Shown here piece after piece: positions 12,117-22,902 of a DNA stretch of 64,000 nt. The DNA comes from an uncultured Clostridia bacterium (GTDB taxonomy: Bacteria; Bacillota; Clostridia; TANB77; CAG-508): the NCBI GenBank assembly GCA_934141605.1, contig CAKPCL010000005.1, positions 4,574 through 68,573 of the forward strand, written 5' to 3'. Each line of letters starts with the position of its first letter. Within the stretch, counting starts at the first letter, position 1. The notes under the pieces are model-generated. The model saw only the letters and a list, made by a program, of their open reading frames with translations, was not told the DNA's origin and searched no databases. The translations under genes and the position numbers were made by a program.

Positions 12117-13703
12117 ATGCAAGAGAAAAAAGGTTATGTAAGTTTTGTATTACATGCACACTTGCCATTTATTCACCACCCAGAAAGTGATGAATATTTA
12201 GAAGAATCTTGGTTATATGAAGCTATTTCAGAAACATATATACCATTACTTACAAACTTTAAAAAATTAGTAGATGAAGGGGTTAATTTTAGAATTACAA
12301 TGTCTATGACACCACCTCTTCTATCAATGTTAGATAATAAATTATTACAAAAAAAATATATTAAATATTTAAAAAAGATGATAGAGCTTTCTAAAAAAGA
12401 AGTTATTAGAACTGCTTATGATGAACGCTTAAACAAATTATCACATTATTATTTAGAAAGATATTCTAATGATTTACATTTATTCAAAGATATTTACAAC
12501 TGTGATTTAATTAGTGCTTTCAAGCATTTTCAAGATATTGGAGTTTTAGAAATAATTACATGTGGTGCAACACATGGATATTTTCCTATTTTATATGTTA
12601 ATGAAAAAACTGTAAAAGCTCAAATTGCAGTTGGAGTTCAAACTTATGAAAAATATTTTGGAAAAAAGCCTCGTGGAATTTGGCTTCCAGAGTGTGGCTA
12701 TGTTCCAGAAGCTGATAAATATTTAAAAGAATTTGGAATTGAATATATTATTACTGAATCTCATGGAATTTTATATGCTAATCCAACTCCTATTTATGGA
12801 ACATTTTCACCCATTGTATCACCTGAAGGGGTTGTTGCATTTGGCCGTGATATAGAATCTTCAAGGCAAGTTTGGAGTTCTGTTGACGGATATCCCGGTG
12901 ATTTTAATTATAGAGAATTTTACCGTGATATTGGATATGATGCTGATTATAACTATATAAAACCTTACATTGCCCATAATGGTGTAAGAGTTCATACCGG
13001 AATTAAATATTATAGAATTACTGGAAAGACTGAAAATAAAGACTATTATGATATACAATGGGCAAAAGATTCAGCAGAAAAGCAAGCAGGTCATTTTTTA
13101 GACTGTAGAACTAACCAAATAAATAGCTTAGCCCCAATAATGGATAAGCCTCCTATTATTTTATGTCCTTATGATGCAGAACTTTATGGACATTGGTGGT
13201 ATGAAGGTCCTTATTGGTTATATATATTATTCAAAAAAATTTATTATGATGATTGTAACTTTGAATTAATAACACCTTCTGAATACATAGATAAATATCC
13301 AGAAATTCAAGTAGCTTCCCCTTGCCGTTCTAGTTGGGGTGCAAATGGTTATAGCGAAGTTTGGCTTAATCAAACAAATGACTATGTTCATAAACATTTG
13401 CATGTTGCTGGTGATAGAATGTGTGAACTTGCTTCACTTTATCCAAATGCAAAAGGTTTAAAGAAAAAAGCATTGAATCAATGTGCTAGAGAATTATTGT
13501 TAGCACAAAGCAGTGACTGGTTATTTATTATTACAAATGGTACTATGGTTGATTATGCTAAAAAGCGTATTAAAGACCACATTGGCCGTTTTACTAAATT
13601 ATATTATCAAATCAAAAATGATGATATTGATGAAGATTTCTTGAAGGACATTTCTAAAAAAGATTGTGTTTTTCCAGATATTGATTATCAAATTTATAAA
13701 TAA
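12117..13703 (+). CDS. GH57-family 1,4-alpha-glucan branching enzyme (DUF1957 C-terminus)
   Basis: GYVSFVLHAHLPFIHHPE, WLPECGY, CPYDAELYGHWWYEGP motifs, 528 aa. Confidence 0.85.
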   Translation: MQEKKGYVSFVLHAHLPFIHHPESDEYLEESWLYEAISETYIPLLTNFKKLVDEGVNFRITMSMTPPLLSMLDNKLLQKKYIKYLKKMIELSKKEVIRTAYDERLNKLSHYYLERYSNDLHLFKDIYNCDLISAFKHFQDIGVLEIITCGATHGYFPILYVNEKTVKAQIAVGVQTYEKYFGKKPRGIWLPECGYVPEADKYLKEFGIEYIITESHGILYANPTPIYGTFSPIVSPEGVVAFGRDIESSRQVWSSVDGYPGDFNYREFYRDIGYDADYNYIKPYIAHNGVRVHTGIKYYRITGKTENKDYYDIQWAKDSAEKQAGHFLDCRTNQINSLAPIMDKPPIILCPYDAELYGHWWYEGPYWLYILFKKIYYDDCNFELITPSEYIDKYPEIQVASPCRSSWGANGYSEVWLNQTNDYVHKHLHVAGDRMCELASLYPNAKGLKKKALNQCARELLLAQSSDWLFIITNGTMVDYAKKRIKDHIGRFTKLYYQIKNDDIDEDFLKDISKKDCVFPDIDYQIYK

Positions 13704-13716
13704 AAATCTAAATTTT

Positions 13717-13746
13717 AAGGACTGAAGAAAATTCTTCGGTCCTTAA
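13717..13746 (+). terminator. rho-independent terminator after the GH57 gene
   Basis: AAGGACTGAAGAA-aatt-CTTCGGTCCTT hairpin followed by a T-rich tail. Confidence 0.6.
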
Positions 13747-13847
13747 TTAATTTCAATTTTTAAACATGCTCCTTTTAATTTATTTTGCATATTATAATGT
13801 ATAACTTTCAAAAGTTTAGCAGATAATATATAAGAAGGGAGAAAATC

Positions 13848-14717
13848 ATGAAATCTATATGTATAAAAACCAATAATTCCAATTTATTAGATTATCTACT
13901 AAACGAATTGAATTATATTGAAATAGAACCTGTTTATATTTCTTCCAACAAGTTTAAAAATTATAAAAATGTTATTGTGCATTATAGAGGCAATGATAAT
14001 AAAAAATTTATTCATGAAATTTCTTGTATTCTATCATGCTTGGTATTAGATGAATTAGAAGAAAAATTTTTGAAAAATATAATTCAAAAAAACTATTTTT
14101 ATTTTAATTCTAACGAAAGAGAACATATTTTAGAAATCTGCTTTGACACATTTTCCAATGATTTTAATACTTATTTTGACAAGAGATATAATTGTTTAAT
14201 CAATAATTTTGAAAGCTATTTAATGGACAATAAATCTATTGTGTTATCAGGATTTATAAATTTTAGGCTTAAAAATTATATGTCTATCCTCGAAGATGTT
14301 GTTGATGAAGCTGTAAATGCTTTTGTAATTGAAAAAGAATATTTTGAATTTGTTTCTTTATTAAAAATGTATATAAATTCTCAGAGTACTAATTGTGAGC
14401 TAGTTCACCTAGTCTATAACAATGAAAATTCTGTTTTGTTAGATGAAAATAAAAAGGTTATAAATATTTCAGATAATATTTTTAAGGCTAAATATCTGTC
14501 TGATATTAGTTTTTCTTCAAATGATTATGCTTTAAATAGTTTGCTTACTCTCCTTCCTAAAAAAATTTATGTTCATCTTATTGATAATTGTGTTGATGAA
14601 TTTATTCATACTATTGGATTAATTTTTGAAAATAGAGTTGAAATTTGTACTGATTGCAATATTTGCAAAATTTATAAAAATAATAAATTAAATAAAAAAA
14701 GCATCATAAAAAAATAA
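13848..14717 (+). CDS. ytxC: YtxC-like sporulation protein
   Basis: GFINFRLKNYMSILEDVVDEAVNAFVIEKEYFEFVSLLKMYI resembles the B. subtilis YtxC core (FLTFRLKSY...EYKLEREYQNFI), recalled from memory. Confidence 0.6.
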   Translation: MKSICIKTNNSNLLDYLLNELNYIEIEPVYISSNKFKNYKNVIVHYRGNDNKKFIHEISCILSCLVLDELEEKFLKNIIQKNYFYFNSNEREHILEICFDTFSNDFNTYFDKRYNCLINNFESYLMDNKSIVLSGFINFRLKNYMSILEDVVDEAVNAFVIEKEYFEFVSLLKMYINSQSTNCELVHLVYNNENSVLLDENKKVINISDNIFKAKYLSDISFSSNDYALNSLLTLLPKKIYVHLIDNCVDEFIHTIGLIFENRVEICTDCNICKIYKNNKLNKKSIIKK

Positions 14718-14748
14718 TTTTATAGTGCTTTTTTATTTTACCTCAATA

Positions 14749-15714
14749 TTACATACTTAAATTAATTCCCTTTGCGACTACATCTTTCATATTTTCTATC
14801 AAGTCGTCAATTTCCTTTGGAGTAACAATTAAGTTAAAATCTCTTGGAAGCAATGCTTCTTTTATTTCTTCATAATTGTCTTGCTCTTTAAGCTGATTTA
14901 AGTATTCATTTGATTTTGCTTCTTCTTGTAATTTTGTAATAAATAGGTCTAAAGAATCATTTACCAATACTGCTGTCTCTACAACTGTTGGTATTCCTAT
15001 TGCTATAACTGGTATTCCTAAAGTAGCTTGACTTAATTCTGCTCTGGTATTTCCCACACCAGCTCCTGGGACAATTCCTGTATCTGAAAGTTGTACTGTA
15101 CTGCTTATTCTTTCTATGCTTCTTGAAGCTAAGGCATCTATAACAATTACAAGTTTTGGGTGAATATTATCTACTATTCCTTTTAAGATTTCTAAAGTTT
15201 CGATTCCAGTTGTGCCCAGTACTCCTGGTGATATTGCGCTTACCATTCTTGTTCCTTCTTCTACATATTGTGGTAAATAATTTATTATGTGTCTTGTTAC
15301 TTCTATTTCATTTATAACTTTTGGTCCTAAACTGTCTGGTGTTACATATATATTTCCAAGTCCTACTACTAATATTTCTCCCTGCTTGTCTATGTGTGTG
15401 TCTATTAATTTTTTTAGTTCATTTGATAATATTTCTGCTGATTTTTCAATATCTTCGTCTTGTGCTATTTTTAATTTTTGAATGTCTATTGTGATATAGT
15501 TTCCAATGGGTTTTCCTATTGCTTTTTCTCCTTCTTCGTTTGTAATTTTGACTCTTTCTACTGATATGTTTTCGTTTATTTCTTCTTTTTCACTTTCTAT
15601 TCCTTGTATTTCGTTTTCTATGCTGTTTGCTTTTTTGTATATGTCTCTTCTTTCTGATGCTAAGTCTGTTCTAAAGTTGAAAGATTTTTTTTCATTATTT
15701 ATCATAAAAACCAA
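14749..15714 (-). CDS. gpr: germination protease GPR (spore endopeptidase)
   Basis: RTDLASERRDIY N-terminus and GLGNIYVTPDSLGPKV motif, 321 aa. Confidence 0.9.
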   Translation of the reverse strand: MVFMINNEKKSFNFRTDLASERRDIYKKANSIENEIQGIESEKEEINENISVERVKITNEEGEKAIGKPIGNYITIDIQKLKIAQDEDIEKSAEILSNELKKLIDTHIDKQGEILVVGLGNIYVTPDSLGPKVINEIEVTRHIINYLPQYVEEGTRMVSAISPGVLGTTGIETLEILKGIVDNIHPKLVIVIDALASRSIERISSTVQLSDTGIVPGAGVGNTRAELSQATLGIPVIAIGIPTVVETAVLVNDSLDLFITKLQEEAKSNEYLNQLKEQDNYEEIKEALLPRDFNLIVTPKEIDDLIENMKDVVAKGINLSM

Positions 15715-15763
15715 CTCCTACTTTTAGTATTTGTTGGTTTTTGTTTTTTATTCGTTATATTTT

Positions 15764-17425
15764 CTAAAAAATTCCTACTATATTTCCATCTTCATCAATA
15801 TCAATATTTTCAGCAGCCGGAATCCTTGGAAGACCAGGCATAGTCATTATCTTTCCAGAAATAGCAACAATAAAACCTGCACCAGCCTTTAAATCAACTT
15901 CCCTAATTGTAATTTCAAATGGCTCCTTACACTCTAAATTTTTAGCATCATCTGAAAAAGAATATTGAGTCTTAGCAATACATACAGGTAAATTTTCATA
16001 CCCCAAGCCTTCAATCCTATGTATTTCTCTTTCAGCATCTTCTGAAAAATTAACTCCTGTTGCTCCATAAATCTCTTTTGCAACTTTCTGTATTTTTGTT
16101 TTTATATCATCTTGTAAATCATAAATATACCTAAAATCTTCTGGTTGTTCTGTCAAATTAACAAGTTTTGTGGCTATATCTATTGCACCATTTCCACCCT
16201 TTGCCCAACCTTCAACAAGACTTGATTGTATACTTTTTTTATTTAAATCTTCTTGTATGTATAACAATTCTTTTTCTGTATCTGTATTATATTTATTTAT
16301 AGCAACTATAACATTTAATCCATATTTATCTCTTAAATTTTCTACATGTTTATATAGATTTCTCATGCCATTTTTTAACGCCTCTAAATTTTCTTCCTGT
16401 ATTTTATCCTTTTCTACTCCACCATGATATTTTAATGCTTTTATAGTTGCAACAATTACTACAGCATCTGGTTTAATTCCAGCTTTTCTGCATTTTATAT
16501 CTAAAAATTTTTCAGCTCCTAAATCTGCTCCAAATCCTGCTTCCGTAACAACATAGTCTGACATCTTCATAGCCATTTTTGTTGCTAATATACTATTACA
16601 ACCATGTGCAATATTAGCAAATGGGCCTCCGTGAATTATTGCTGGTGTATGTTCTAATGTTTGTACTAAATTTGGTTTTATTGCATCTTTTAATAAAACT
16701 GCCATTGCTCCTTCTGCTTTTAGTTGTTTAACATATATAGGTTCTTTTTTTGAGTTATATCCTATTATTATATTTCCTAGTTTTTCTTTTAAGTCATCTA
16801 TGTTTTCTGATAAGCATAATATTGCCATAATTTCAGAAGCTACTGTTATGTCAAATCCGTCTTCTCTTGGGACAATATTTTTTTCACCAGACAATCCTGT
16901 TTCCACTTTTCTTAATTGTCTATCATTTAAGTCTACACATCTTTTCCATGTGATTTCTTGAATATCTAGTTCATTTCCAAAATAAATGTGATTATCTATA
17001 ATGCTAGAAAGTAAATTGTTAGCTGATGTGATTGCATGTATATCACCTGTGAAATGAAGGTTTATATCTTCCATTGGAGCAACTTGAGAGTTTCCACCAC
17101 CTGTTGCACCACCTTTTATTCCAAATACAGGTCCTAAAGATGGTTCTCTTAATGCTAAAATTGCATTTTTTTGTATTTTAGAAAGTCCATCAGCTATTGC
17201 TATTGAAACAGTTGTCTTTCCTTCTCCTAAAGGTGTTGGATTTATGGCTGTAACTAATATTAATTTTCCATTTTTGTTATTTTTTAATTTCTCATATATT
17301 GAATTGGATAGCTTAGCTTTATATTTCCCATAACAATCAATATCATCTTCATCAATATTTAATTTTTGCGCTATCTTATTGATATTTTCTAATTTCGTAT
17401 TTCTAGCAATTTCAATATCAGTCAT
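15764..17425 (-). CDS. fhs: formate--tetrahydrofolate ligase
   Basis: [12 protein letters not shown]...TPLGEGKTT..., 553 aa, full-length FTHFS pattern. Confidence 0.95.
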   Translation of the reverse strand: MTDIEIARNTKLENINKIAQKLNIDEDDIDCYGKYKAKLSNSIYEKLKNNKNGKLILVTAINPTPLGEGKTTVSIAIADGLSKIQKNAILALREPSLGPVFGIKGGATGGGNSQVAPMEDINLHFTGDIHAITSANNLLSSIIDNHIYFGNELDIQEITWKRCVDLNDRQLRKVETGLSGEKNIVPREDGFDITVASEIMAILCLSENIDDLKEKLGNIIIGYNSKKEPIYVKQLKAEGAMAVLLKDAIKPNLVQTLEHTPAIIHGGPFANIAHGCNSILATKMAMKMSDYVVTEAGFGADLGAEKFLDIKCRKAGIKPDAVVIVATIKALKYHGGVEKDKIQEENLEALKNGMRNLYKHVENLRDKYGLNVIVAINKYNTDTEKELLYIQEDLNKKSIQSSLVEGWAKGGNGAIDIATKLVNLTEQPEDFRYIYDLQDDIKTKIQKVAKEIYGATGVNFSEDAEREIHRIEGLGYENLPVCIAKTQYSFSDDAKNLECKEPFEITIREVDLKAGAGFIVAISGKIMTMPGLPRIPAAENIDIDEDGNIVGIF

Positions 17426-17446
17426 ACAATCATCTCCTATCTTAGT

Positions 17447-17887
17447 CTAAGCAATTAGTCCAACAACTACTCCAATTAAAGCTCCTATAAAAACTTGAAC
17501 AGGAGTATGTCCTAAAACTTCAACTAATCTTTCTGAAACTTGGACTCCCGTAAGTCCTGGTGTTTCAATTATTTTATTTAATAGTGCTGCTTGTTTTCCA
17601 GCGGCTCTTCTAACTCCACAGGCATCATACATAACAATAAAAGCCATTATTAAAGATAATGCAAATATAGGAGTATCTACTCCCTCATATTTTCCTATTA
17701 ATGTTGCTAATGATGTAACAATTGCAGAATGAGAACTAGGCATGCCACCTGCTCCCATTATTCTTTTAAAATTGAATTTTTTTGTAGTAACTAAGTCACA
17801 TATAACTTTAAATAATTGAATAAAAAACCATAATAAAATTGGTATATATATATATTTATTTTGTAAAAATCCTAAAAATGTATTCAC
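17447..17887 (-). CDS. divergent PAP2 family membrane protein (DUF212)
   Basis: GGMPSSHSAIVTSLAT and YDACGVRR motifs, 146 aa. Confidence 0.8.
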   Translation of the reverse strand: MNTFLGFLQNKYIYIPILLWFFIQLFKVICDLVTTKKFNFKRIMGAGGMPSSHSAIVTSLATLIGKYEGVDTPIFALSLIMAFIVMYDACGVRRAAGKQAALLNKIIETPGLTGVQVSERLVEVLGHTPVQVFIGALIGVVVGLIA

Positions 17888-17916
17888 TTTAATTTGCTCC
17901 CCTTTTAAATATAAAT

Positions 17917-18141
17917 TTAATCTTCAGCTGTAAAGTTTTCTTCTTTTACTTCTCCGTCTTTGTCTAGTAATATTGTTATTTTCTTTTCAGCTTCTTCTAA
18001 AATTTTATTACATTCCTTTGATATTTTTATTCCGTCTTCAAATTTAGCAATTGATTCATCTAAATTTAAATCTCCTTTTTCTAATTCAGTTACTATTTTT
18101 TCTAAATTTTCCATATTATCTTCAAAATTTGATTTTGACAT
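17917..18141 (-). CDS. xseB: exodeoxyribonuclease VII small subunit
   Basis: 74 aa, FEDNMENLEKIVTELEKGDLNLDESI, downstream of xseA. Confidence 0.9.
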   Translation of the reverse strand: MSKSNFEDNMENLEKIVTELEKGDLNLDESIAKFEDGIKISKECNKILEEAEKKITILLDKDGEVKEENFTAED

Positions 18142-18173
18142 ATAAATATTCTCCTTTTAATTTTCGAGGTCTA

Positions 18174-19367
18174 TTATATAATAGTAGCCTTTTTTTCTCC
18201 ATCTACAAACTTAATATCTATTTTATCTCCTTGTTTCAAATCATTAGCACTCTTAACTATTTTATTGTCTTTTTCTGTTATCGAAAATCCTCTGGTTAAA
18301 GTTTTTAGAGGACTTAGGGCATCTAGTTTTGATGTCAATTCTATATATTTTGTTTGTTCTTCTTTTTGCTTAATTTTTATAATATTTTCTAATCTTTTTA
18401 AATACACATCTATTTTCAAATAATTATCATTAATATTTCTAAAAGGTTCTTTAAAAAATCTACTAGACATACATTTTTCATATCTTAGTTTCATTATTTC
18501 AACCTTTTTAATTAGTGATAATCGTAGTCTGTTTTGATATGTATTTATTTTTTGTTTTACTTCGTACACATCTGGTACAGCTAATTCTGCCGCTGCTGAT
18601 GGTGTTGGTGCTCTTAAGTCTGCGACAAAGTCTGAAATTGAAAAATCAGTTTCATGTCCAACTGCAGAAATTATTGGTATTTTTGAGTTATAAATTGCAT
18701 GTGCTACTATCTCTTCATTAAAAGGCCATAGGTCTTCCAAAGAACCTCCTCCTCTTGCTAAAATCAACACATCTGCTTGTTGTTTATCGTTCATAAATTT
18801 GATTCCTTCAGCTATTTTTTCAGATGCGCCTTCTCCTTGAACAGGAACTGGATATAATCTAATATGTACATTTGGATTTCTTCTTGTACTTACATTTATT
18901 ATATCTCTTATTACTGAACCAGTCTGTGATGTTAAAACTCCTATTATTTTGGGCATAACTGGAATTTTTTGTTTATGCCTTTCATCAAAATATCCTTCTT
19001 GTTCTAGTCTTTGTTTTAATTCTTCGTACTTTTTATATAATGCTCCTATTCCGTCTTCTTGCATAGCTTTTACATATATTTGGTAAACTCCGTCTCTTTC
19101 AAAGACTGAAACTCCACCTAATACAAATACTTTCATACCATCTTTTGGCATAAAATCTAGTCTTTGTGCATAACTTTTAAACATTATACATTTTATCAAT
19201 GAATTTTCATCTTTTAAAGTAAAATACATATGACCTGTATAATGATTTTTAAAGTTAGATATTTCGCCTTTTACTAGTACATTATTTAAGTACTCATCAT
19301 CAGCAATTTTGTCTTTTATATAGTTATTTAATTGGCTTACACTTATTGCCATGCTTTCATAATTCAT
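18174..19367 (-). CDS. xseA: exodeoxyribonuclease VII large subunit
   Basis: SVSQLNNYIKDKI..., OB-fold N-terminus, GRGGGSLEDLWPFN-like ARGGGSLEDLWPFN motif. Confidence 0.95.
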   Translation of the reverse strand: MNYESMAISVSQLNNYIKDKIADDEYLNNVLVKGEISNFKNHYTGHMYFTLKDENSLIKCIMFKSYAQRLDFMPKDGMKVFVLGGVSVFERDGVYQIYVKAMQEDGIGALYKKYEELKQRLEQEGYFDERHKQKIPVMPKIIGVLTSQTGSVIRDIINVSTRRNPNVHIRLYPVPVQGEGASEKIAEGIKFMNDKQQADVLILARGGGSLEDLWPFNEEIVAHAIYNSKIPIISAVGHETDFSISDFVADLRAPTPSAAAELAVPDVYEVKQKINTYQNRLRLSLIKKVEIMKLRYEKCMSSRFFKEPFRNINDNYLKIDVYLKRLENIIKIKQKEEQTKYIELTSKLDALSPLKTLTRGFSITEKDNKIVKSANDLKQGDKIDIKFVDGEKKATII

Positions 19368-19397
19368 GTTTTACCTCTTATAAGTTTATATTTTGGC

Positions 19398-19811
19398 TTA
19401 CATATCTTTTACTATACTTGCTAAAACTCCATTAACAAAATTTTTTGATTTATCTTCTCCATATTTTTTTGCAAGTTCTACTGCTTCATTTATTGCTACT
19501 TTATATGGTACTTCGCTAAATTTTATTTCATATATTGCAAGTTTTAGTATTGTTAAATCTATTTTAGAAATTCTATTTAATTTCCACTCTTCTTTTAAAT
19601 TTTCTTGAATACTGTCTAAAATTTCCTTTTCATTTTTATTTATACCTAAAATTACATTTTTTATATATTCTTTAGCTTCTTCATCTTTTATTTCATTACT
19701 TTCAAAAAACAAATCTATTTGTTCTTCTATATTTTCAGCTTTTTGAATTTCTAAACTATATATTAATTTAAAAGCATTTTCTCTAATTGCTGACCTATTC
19801 ATTTTTTTCAA
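19398..19811 (-). CDS. nusB: transcription antitermination factor NusB
   Basis: 137 aa, [14 protein letters not shown]... and [10 protein letters not shown] motifs. Confidence 0.9.
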   Translation of the reverse strand: MKKMNRSAIRENAFKLIYSLEIQKAENIEEQIDLFFESNEIKDEEAKEYIKNVILGINKNEKEILDSIQENLKEEWKLNRISKIDLTILKLAIYEIKFSEVPYKVAINEAVELAKKYGEDKSKNFVNGVLASIVKDM

Positions 19812-19841
19812 TCCTTTCGATTTTCTTTGTTATAATTATTT

Positions 19842-20045
19842 TTACATTTTATCGATAAATTTTTTTAGTTTTAATTTTACATCATCTTTATTTCTTTGAA
19901 CATAGTTTCCAATAAAAGCTCCTGCTAATATTAATAGAATTCCAACTATTAATTCGTATAATCTTGTAGCTAATATTACTATTGCAACAATTACTCCTAT
20001 TATTGCACCCAAATATTGACTTATAAATTTTTTAATATCTTCCAT
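19842..20045 (-). CDS. DUF2273 small membrane protein
   Basis: 67 aa with two TM helices, conserved position after asp23-amaP. Confidence 0.7.
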   Translation of the reverse strand: MEDIKKFISQYLGAIIGVIVAIVILATRLYELIVGILLILAGAFIGNYVQRNKDDVKLKLKKFIDKM

Positions 20046-20062
20046 AATTCATATTCCCCTTT

Positions 20063-20632
20063 TTATGCTTGTTCTTTTTCTACTCTAGCTGATTTTTCTT
20101 GTATTGCTTTTTTTATTGTTATATTTACTTCTTTTACATCTAAGTCTGTTGTTTCTTTTACTTTGTTTTTAATTTTATTTTGTAAATCAACTGATAAATC
20201 TTTTATAACTGTGTCTGCGCCTATTGTTAAATTAATATAAATACTTACATTGTTTTCTTTATCTAATTCTACTCTTGATGTTACTTCTTTGGCTGTTTTG
20301 TATTCTTTTGTAACTGCTTCAACTAAGTTTTCTATAGTTTCTTTTGATATCATTAGTTTACCATTTTCATTTGCTAAAAGGATTCCTTGTTTATCTTTTA
20401 TTTCTTTTTTTGATGTAGGATCAAAGAATATACATCTTATTGATAATAATATAAATACTACACTTACTCCTAAAATTATTTTTGATGATGTTGAAGATAC
20501 TATTAATGTTTTTACTAAACTTTGTACTATGTCTATATCTAACCAGCCAAATACTAGTAGGCAGGCTATAACTGCCATTATTAATATAACATTTGAATAT
20601 ATAATTAATGTGATTTTTTCTATAACTTTCAT
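20063..20632 (-). CDS. amaP: alkaline shock response membrane anchor protein AmaP
   Basis: 189 aa with two N-terminal TM helices, immediately downstream of the Asp23 gene. Confidence 0.7.
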   Translation of the reverse strand: MKVIEKITLIIYSNVILIMAVIACLLVFGWLDIDIVQSLVKTLIVSSTSSKIILGVSVVFILLSIRCIFFDPTSKKEIKDKQGILLANENGKLMISKETIENLVEAVTKEYKTAKEVTSRVELDKENNVSIYINLTIGADTVIKDLSVDLQNKIKNKVKETTDLDVKEVNITIKKAIQEKSARVEKEQA

Positions 20633-20671
20633 TTCTTTTTACCTCTCTTTTTTCTTTGTATTTTAATTTAA

Positions 20672-21169
20672 TTAATCATTTGAAGTTGTTTCTTCTTCAG
20701 TTTGTTTTTCTTCTTTTTTGTTATCTTTTACTATGTCTGTATTTACACCTTGAATGTGTACATTTACTTCTTCTACTTTAAATCCTGTCATTCCTTCTAC
20801 TGATTTTTTTACTCTATTTTGTATTTCGAATGCTACATCTGGTATTCTTGAGCCATATTCTACTATGATGTTTACATCTATTTTTGCTGTATTATCTGTT
20901 TTTTCTACTTTTATTCCTTTTGCCATGTTTTTCTTTCCGCTTAAAACTTCTGAAATCCCTCCTGCAAATCCTCCTGACATTGATGCTACTCCTTGTACTT
21001 CTGATACAGCTACTCCTGCTATTACTGCGATTACATCATTTGATATTTCTATTCCGTTTTCTTTTTCATCTTGTCCTTGTTCTTTTACTTGTTCACCGTT
21101 GTTCACTTCTTGTTTTTCTAGTTCTTCATTTTCTAGTTTTTCATTTTTTAGTTTTTCGTTTTCTTCCAT
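20672..21169 (-). CDS. Asp23/Gls24 family envelope stress protein
   Basis: ISNDVIAVIAGVAVSEVQGVASM motif, acidic tails. Confidence 0.85.
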   Translation of the reverse strand: MEENEKLKNEKLENEELEKQEVNNGEQVKEQGQDEKENGIEISNDVIAVIAGVAVSEVQGVASMSGGFAGGISEVLSGKKNMAKGIKVEKTDNTAKIDVNIIVEYGSRIPDVAFEIQNRVKKSVEGMTGFKVEEVNVHIQGVNTDIVKDNKKEEKQTEEETTSND

Positions 21170-21192
21170 GTAAAATTCCTCCTTTACAATAA

Positions 21193-21236
21193 AAAAATTG
21201 ATATACTTAAATCATGTTATAAGTATATCAATTTTT
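21193..21236 (-). terminator. terminator hairpin after fmt (perfect 16-bp inverted repeat)
   Basis: AAAATTGATATACTTA-loop-TAAGTATATCAATTTT flanked by A/T runs, potentially bidirectional. Confidence 0.65.
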
Positions 21237-21286
21237 AGCATTTTTTACAACCTTTTTTGAGTATTTTATAATTTATTTTTATTGTA

Positions 21287-22246
21287 TTATTTAAATACTT
21301 CAAACTCATCAATTTGATTTCCCCTTAAGAAATCTCCTATGCTCATTTTTCTAGAATTTTCTCCTTGAATTTCTAACACTTGTAAAATTCCGTCTTTAGT
21401 TTTAATAAATAGCCCATCTCTTTGGTCTGATACCAAAACAGTACCATTTCTAAATATTTTTATATTGTCTGCATCATATCCAACATTTTTTGCAACATCA
21501 ACTTTCCAAAACTTAATTTTTTTATCATTTAAAAATGTGTACGCACCCATAATTGGATTTAAGCCTCTTACCAAATTTTTAATTTCTTTAGCACTTTTAT
21601 TTTCCCAATCAATTTTCGCCATCTCTTTATTTAGCATTGGAGCTAATGTATAGCCATCTCCTTGTTTTTCTCTTGGTGCAGTACCACTTTCAATTTGCTT
21701 CAAAGTTTCTACTAATAATTTCCCACCAATTTCAGAAAGTCTATCCCATAATTCTCCTGTTGTCTCATCTTCTCCAATAGTCACTTCCTCTTTCAAAATC
21801 ATATCACCTGTATCCATACCAACATCCATATACATTGTAGTAATACCAGTTTTCTTGTCTCCATTTAAAACTGCCCATTGAATAGGTGCAGCCCCTCTAT
21901 ATTTAGGAAGTAATGAACCATGAACATTTATGCACCCTTTATCAGGAATATCTAATATCTCTTTTGGAAGAATTTTCCCGTATGCCACAACACAAATAAC
22001 ATCTGGCTGTATTTTTTTAATTTCATCTATAAACTCTTGATTATTTCTTACCTTTTCTGGTTGATATACAGGTATATTTTTTTCAATAGCAAACTCTTTT
22101 ACAGGAGATGCTACCATTTTCATACCTCTTCCTTTTGGCTTATCCGGATTTGTAACAACACCTAGTATATTATATCCTGCATTATATACAGACTCTAAGC
22201 TTTCTCTTGCAAAATCTGGTGTTCCCATAAATAAAATATTTAGCAT
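21287..22246 (-). CDS. fmt: methionyl-tRNA formyltransferase
   Basis: ILFMGTPDFA..., HGSLLPKYRGAAPIQWA motif, 319 aa. Confidence 0.95.
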   Translation of the reverse strand: MLNILFMGTPDFARESLESVYNAGYNILGVVTNPDKPKGRGMKMVASPVKEFAIEKNIPVYQPEKVRNNQEFIDEIKKIQPDVICVVAYGKILPKEILDIPDKGCINVHGSLLPKYRGAAPIQWAVLNGDKKTGITTMYMDVGMDTGDMILKEEVTIGEDETTGELWDRLSEIGGKLLVETLKQIESGTAPREKQGDGYTLAPMLNKEMAKIDWENKSAKEIKNLVRGLNPIMGAYTFLNDKKIKFWKVDVAKNVGYDADNIKIFRNGTVLVSDQRDGLFIKTKDGILQVLEIQGENSRKMSIGDFLRGNQIDEFEVFK

Positions 22247-22260
22247 ATAACTTCCTCCTT

Positions 22261-22322
22261 TTGTCCAAACGGGACGGTTCTATTTGGACATTTTGTCCAT
22301 TGGGGACGGTTCTGTTTGGACA
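22261..22322. repeat. REP-like palindromic element, two tandem units
   Basis: TTGTCCAAACGGGACGGTTCTATTTGGACA plus TTGTCCATTGGGGACGGTTCTGTTTGGACA, between def and fmt. Confidence 0.8.
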
Positions 22323-22341
22323 TTTTCGACATTTCTCGACA

Positions 22342-22818
22342 TTATTTTTCTGGTTCTACATATTCCAATGTTCCAGGAACAATTTTATCAATAAAGACTT
22401 CACCCTCTAAATGGTCTAATTCGTGGCAAATAGCTTGTGCTAACAAGTCCTTTGCCTTTACTTTTACTCTTTTTCCAGTTCTATCAGTATATTCCGCTGT
22501 CACTTCTTCTGGTCTAATAACCTTTGCAAATTTATTTGGAAAACTTAAACAACCTTCATCAACTTCATGCTCACCTTTTGTTTTCAAAATAATTGGATTT
22601 ATTAAAGTAATTGGTCCTTTATCATCATACAAATCAATAACAACTACTCTTTTCAAAACACCCACTTGAACAGCAGCTAATCCTACACCATTATATTTAT
22701 GCATTGTATCTATCATATCATCTATTAATATCTGTAATTTGTCATCAATTACTTCAACTTCTCTTGATTTCTTTTTTAGAATTTCGTCTCCTTCTAATCT
22801 TAAATTTCTTATTGCCAA
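22342..22818 (-). CDS. def: peptide deformylase
   Basis: GVGLAAVQVG, EGCLSFP, HELDHLEG motifs. Confidence 0.97.
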   Translation of the reverse strand: MAIRNLRLEGDEILKKKSREVEVIDDKLQILIDDMIDTMHKYNGVGLAAVQVGVLKRVVVIDLYDDKGPITLINPIILKTKGEHEVDEGCLSFPNKFAKVIRPEEVTAEYTDRTGKRVKVKAKDLLAQAICHELDHLEGEVFIDKIVPGTLEYVEPEK

Positions 22819-22837
22819 TTTTATTCCCCCTATTCAA

Positions 22838-22902
22838 AATGTCCATTTAGAACCGTCCCAAATGGACAAAATGTCCAAAAAGAACCGTCCCGTTTGGACA
22901 TT
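22838..22902. repeat. REP-like palindromic element, two tandem units, inverted relative to the other loci
   Basis: ATGTCCATTTAGAACCGTCCCAAATGGACA plus ATGTCCAAAAAGAACCGTCCCGTTTGGACA, between priA and def. Confidence 0.8.

Noticed and set aside
22321-22341. TTCGACA / CTCGACA pair after the def stop considered as Spo0A boxes.
   Set aside because: They directly abut a REP-like unit whose arm (TGTCCAAA) is nearly the same sequence. They are probably degenerate repeat arms, and several TTCGACA 7-mers are expected by chance in 64 kb.
22261-22902. Paired approx 30-nt palindromic repeats considered as a mini CRISPR array or as terminators.
   Set aside because: There are only two units per locus, with 0-2 nt between them, and both orientations occur. 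No T-run follows the hairpins, and they sit inside operons.
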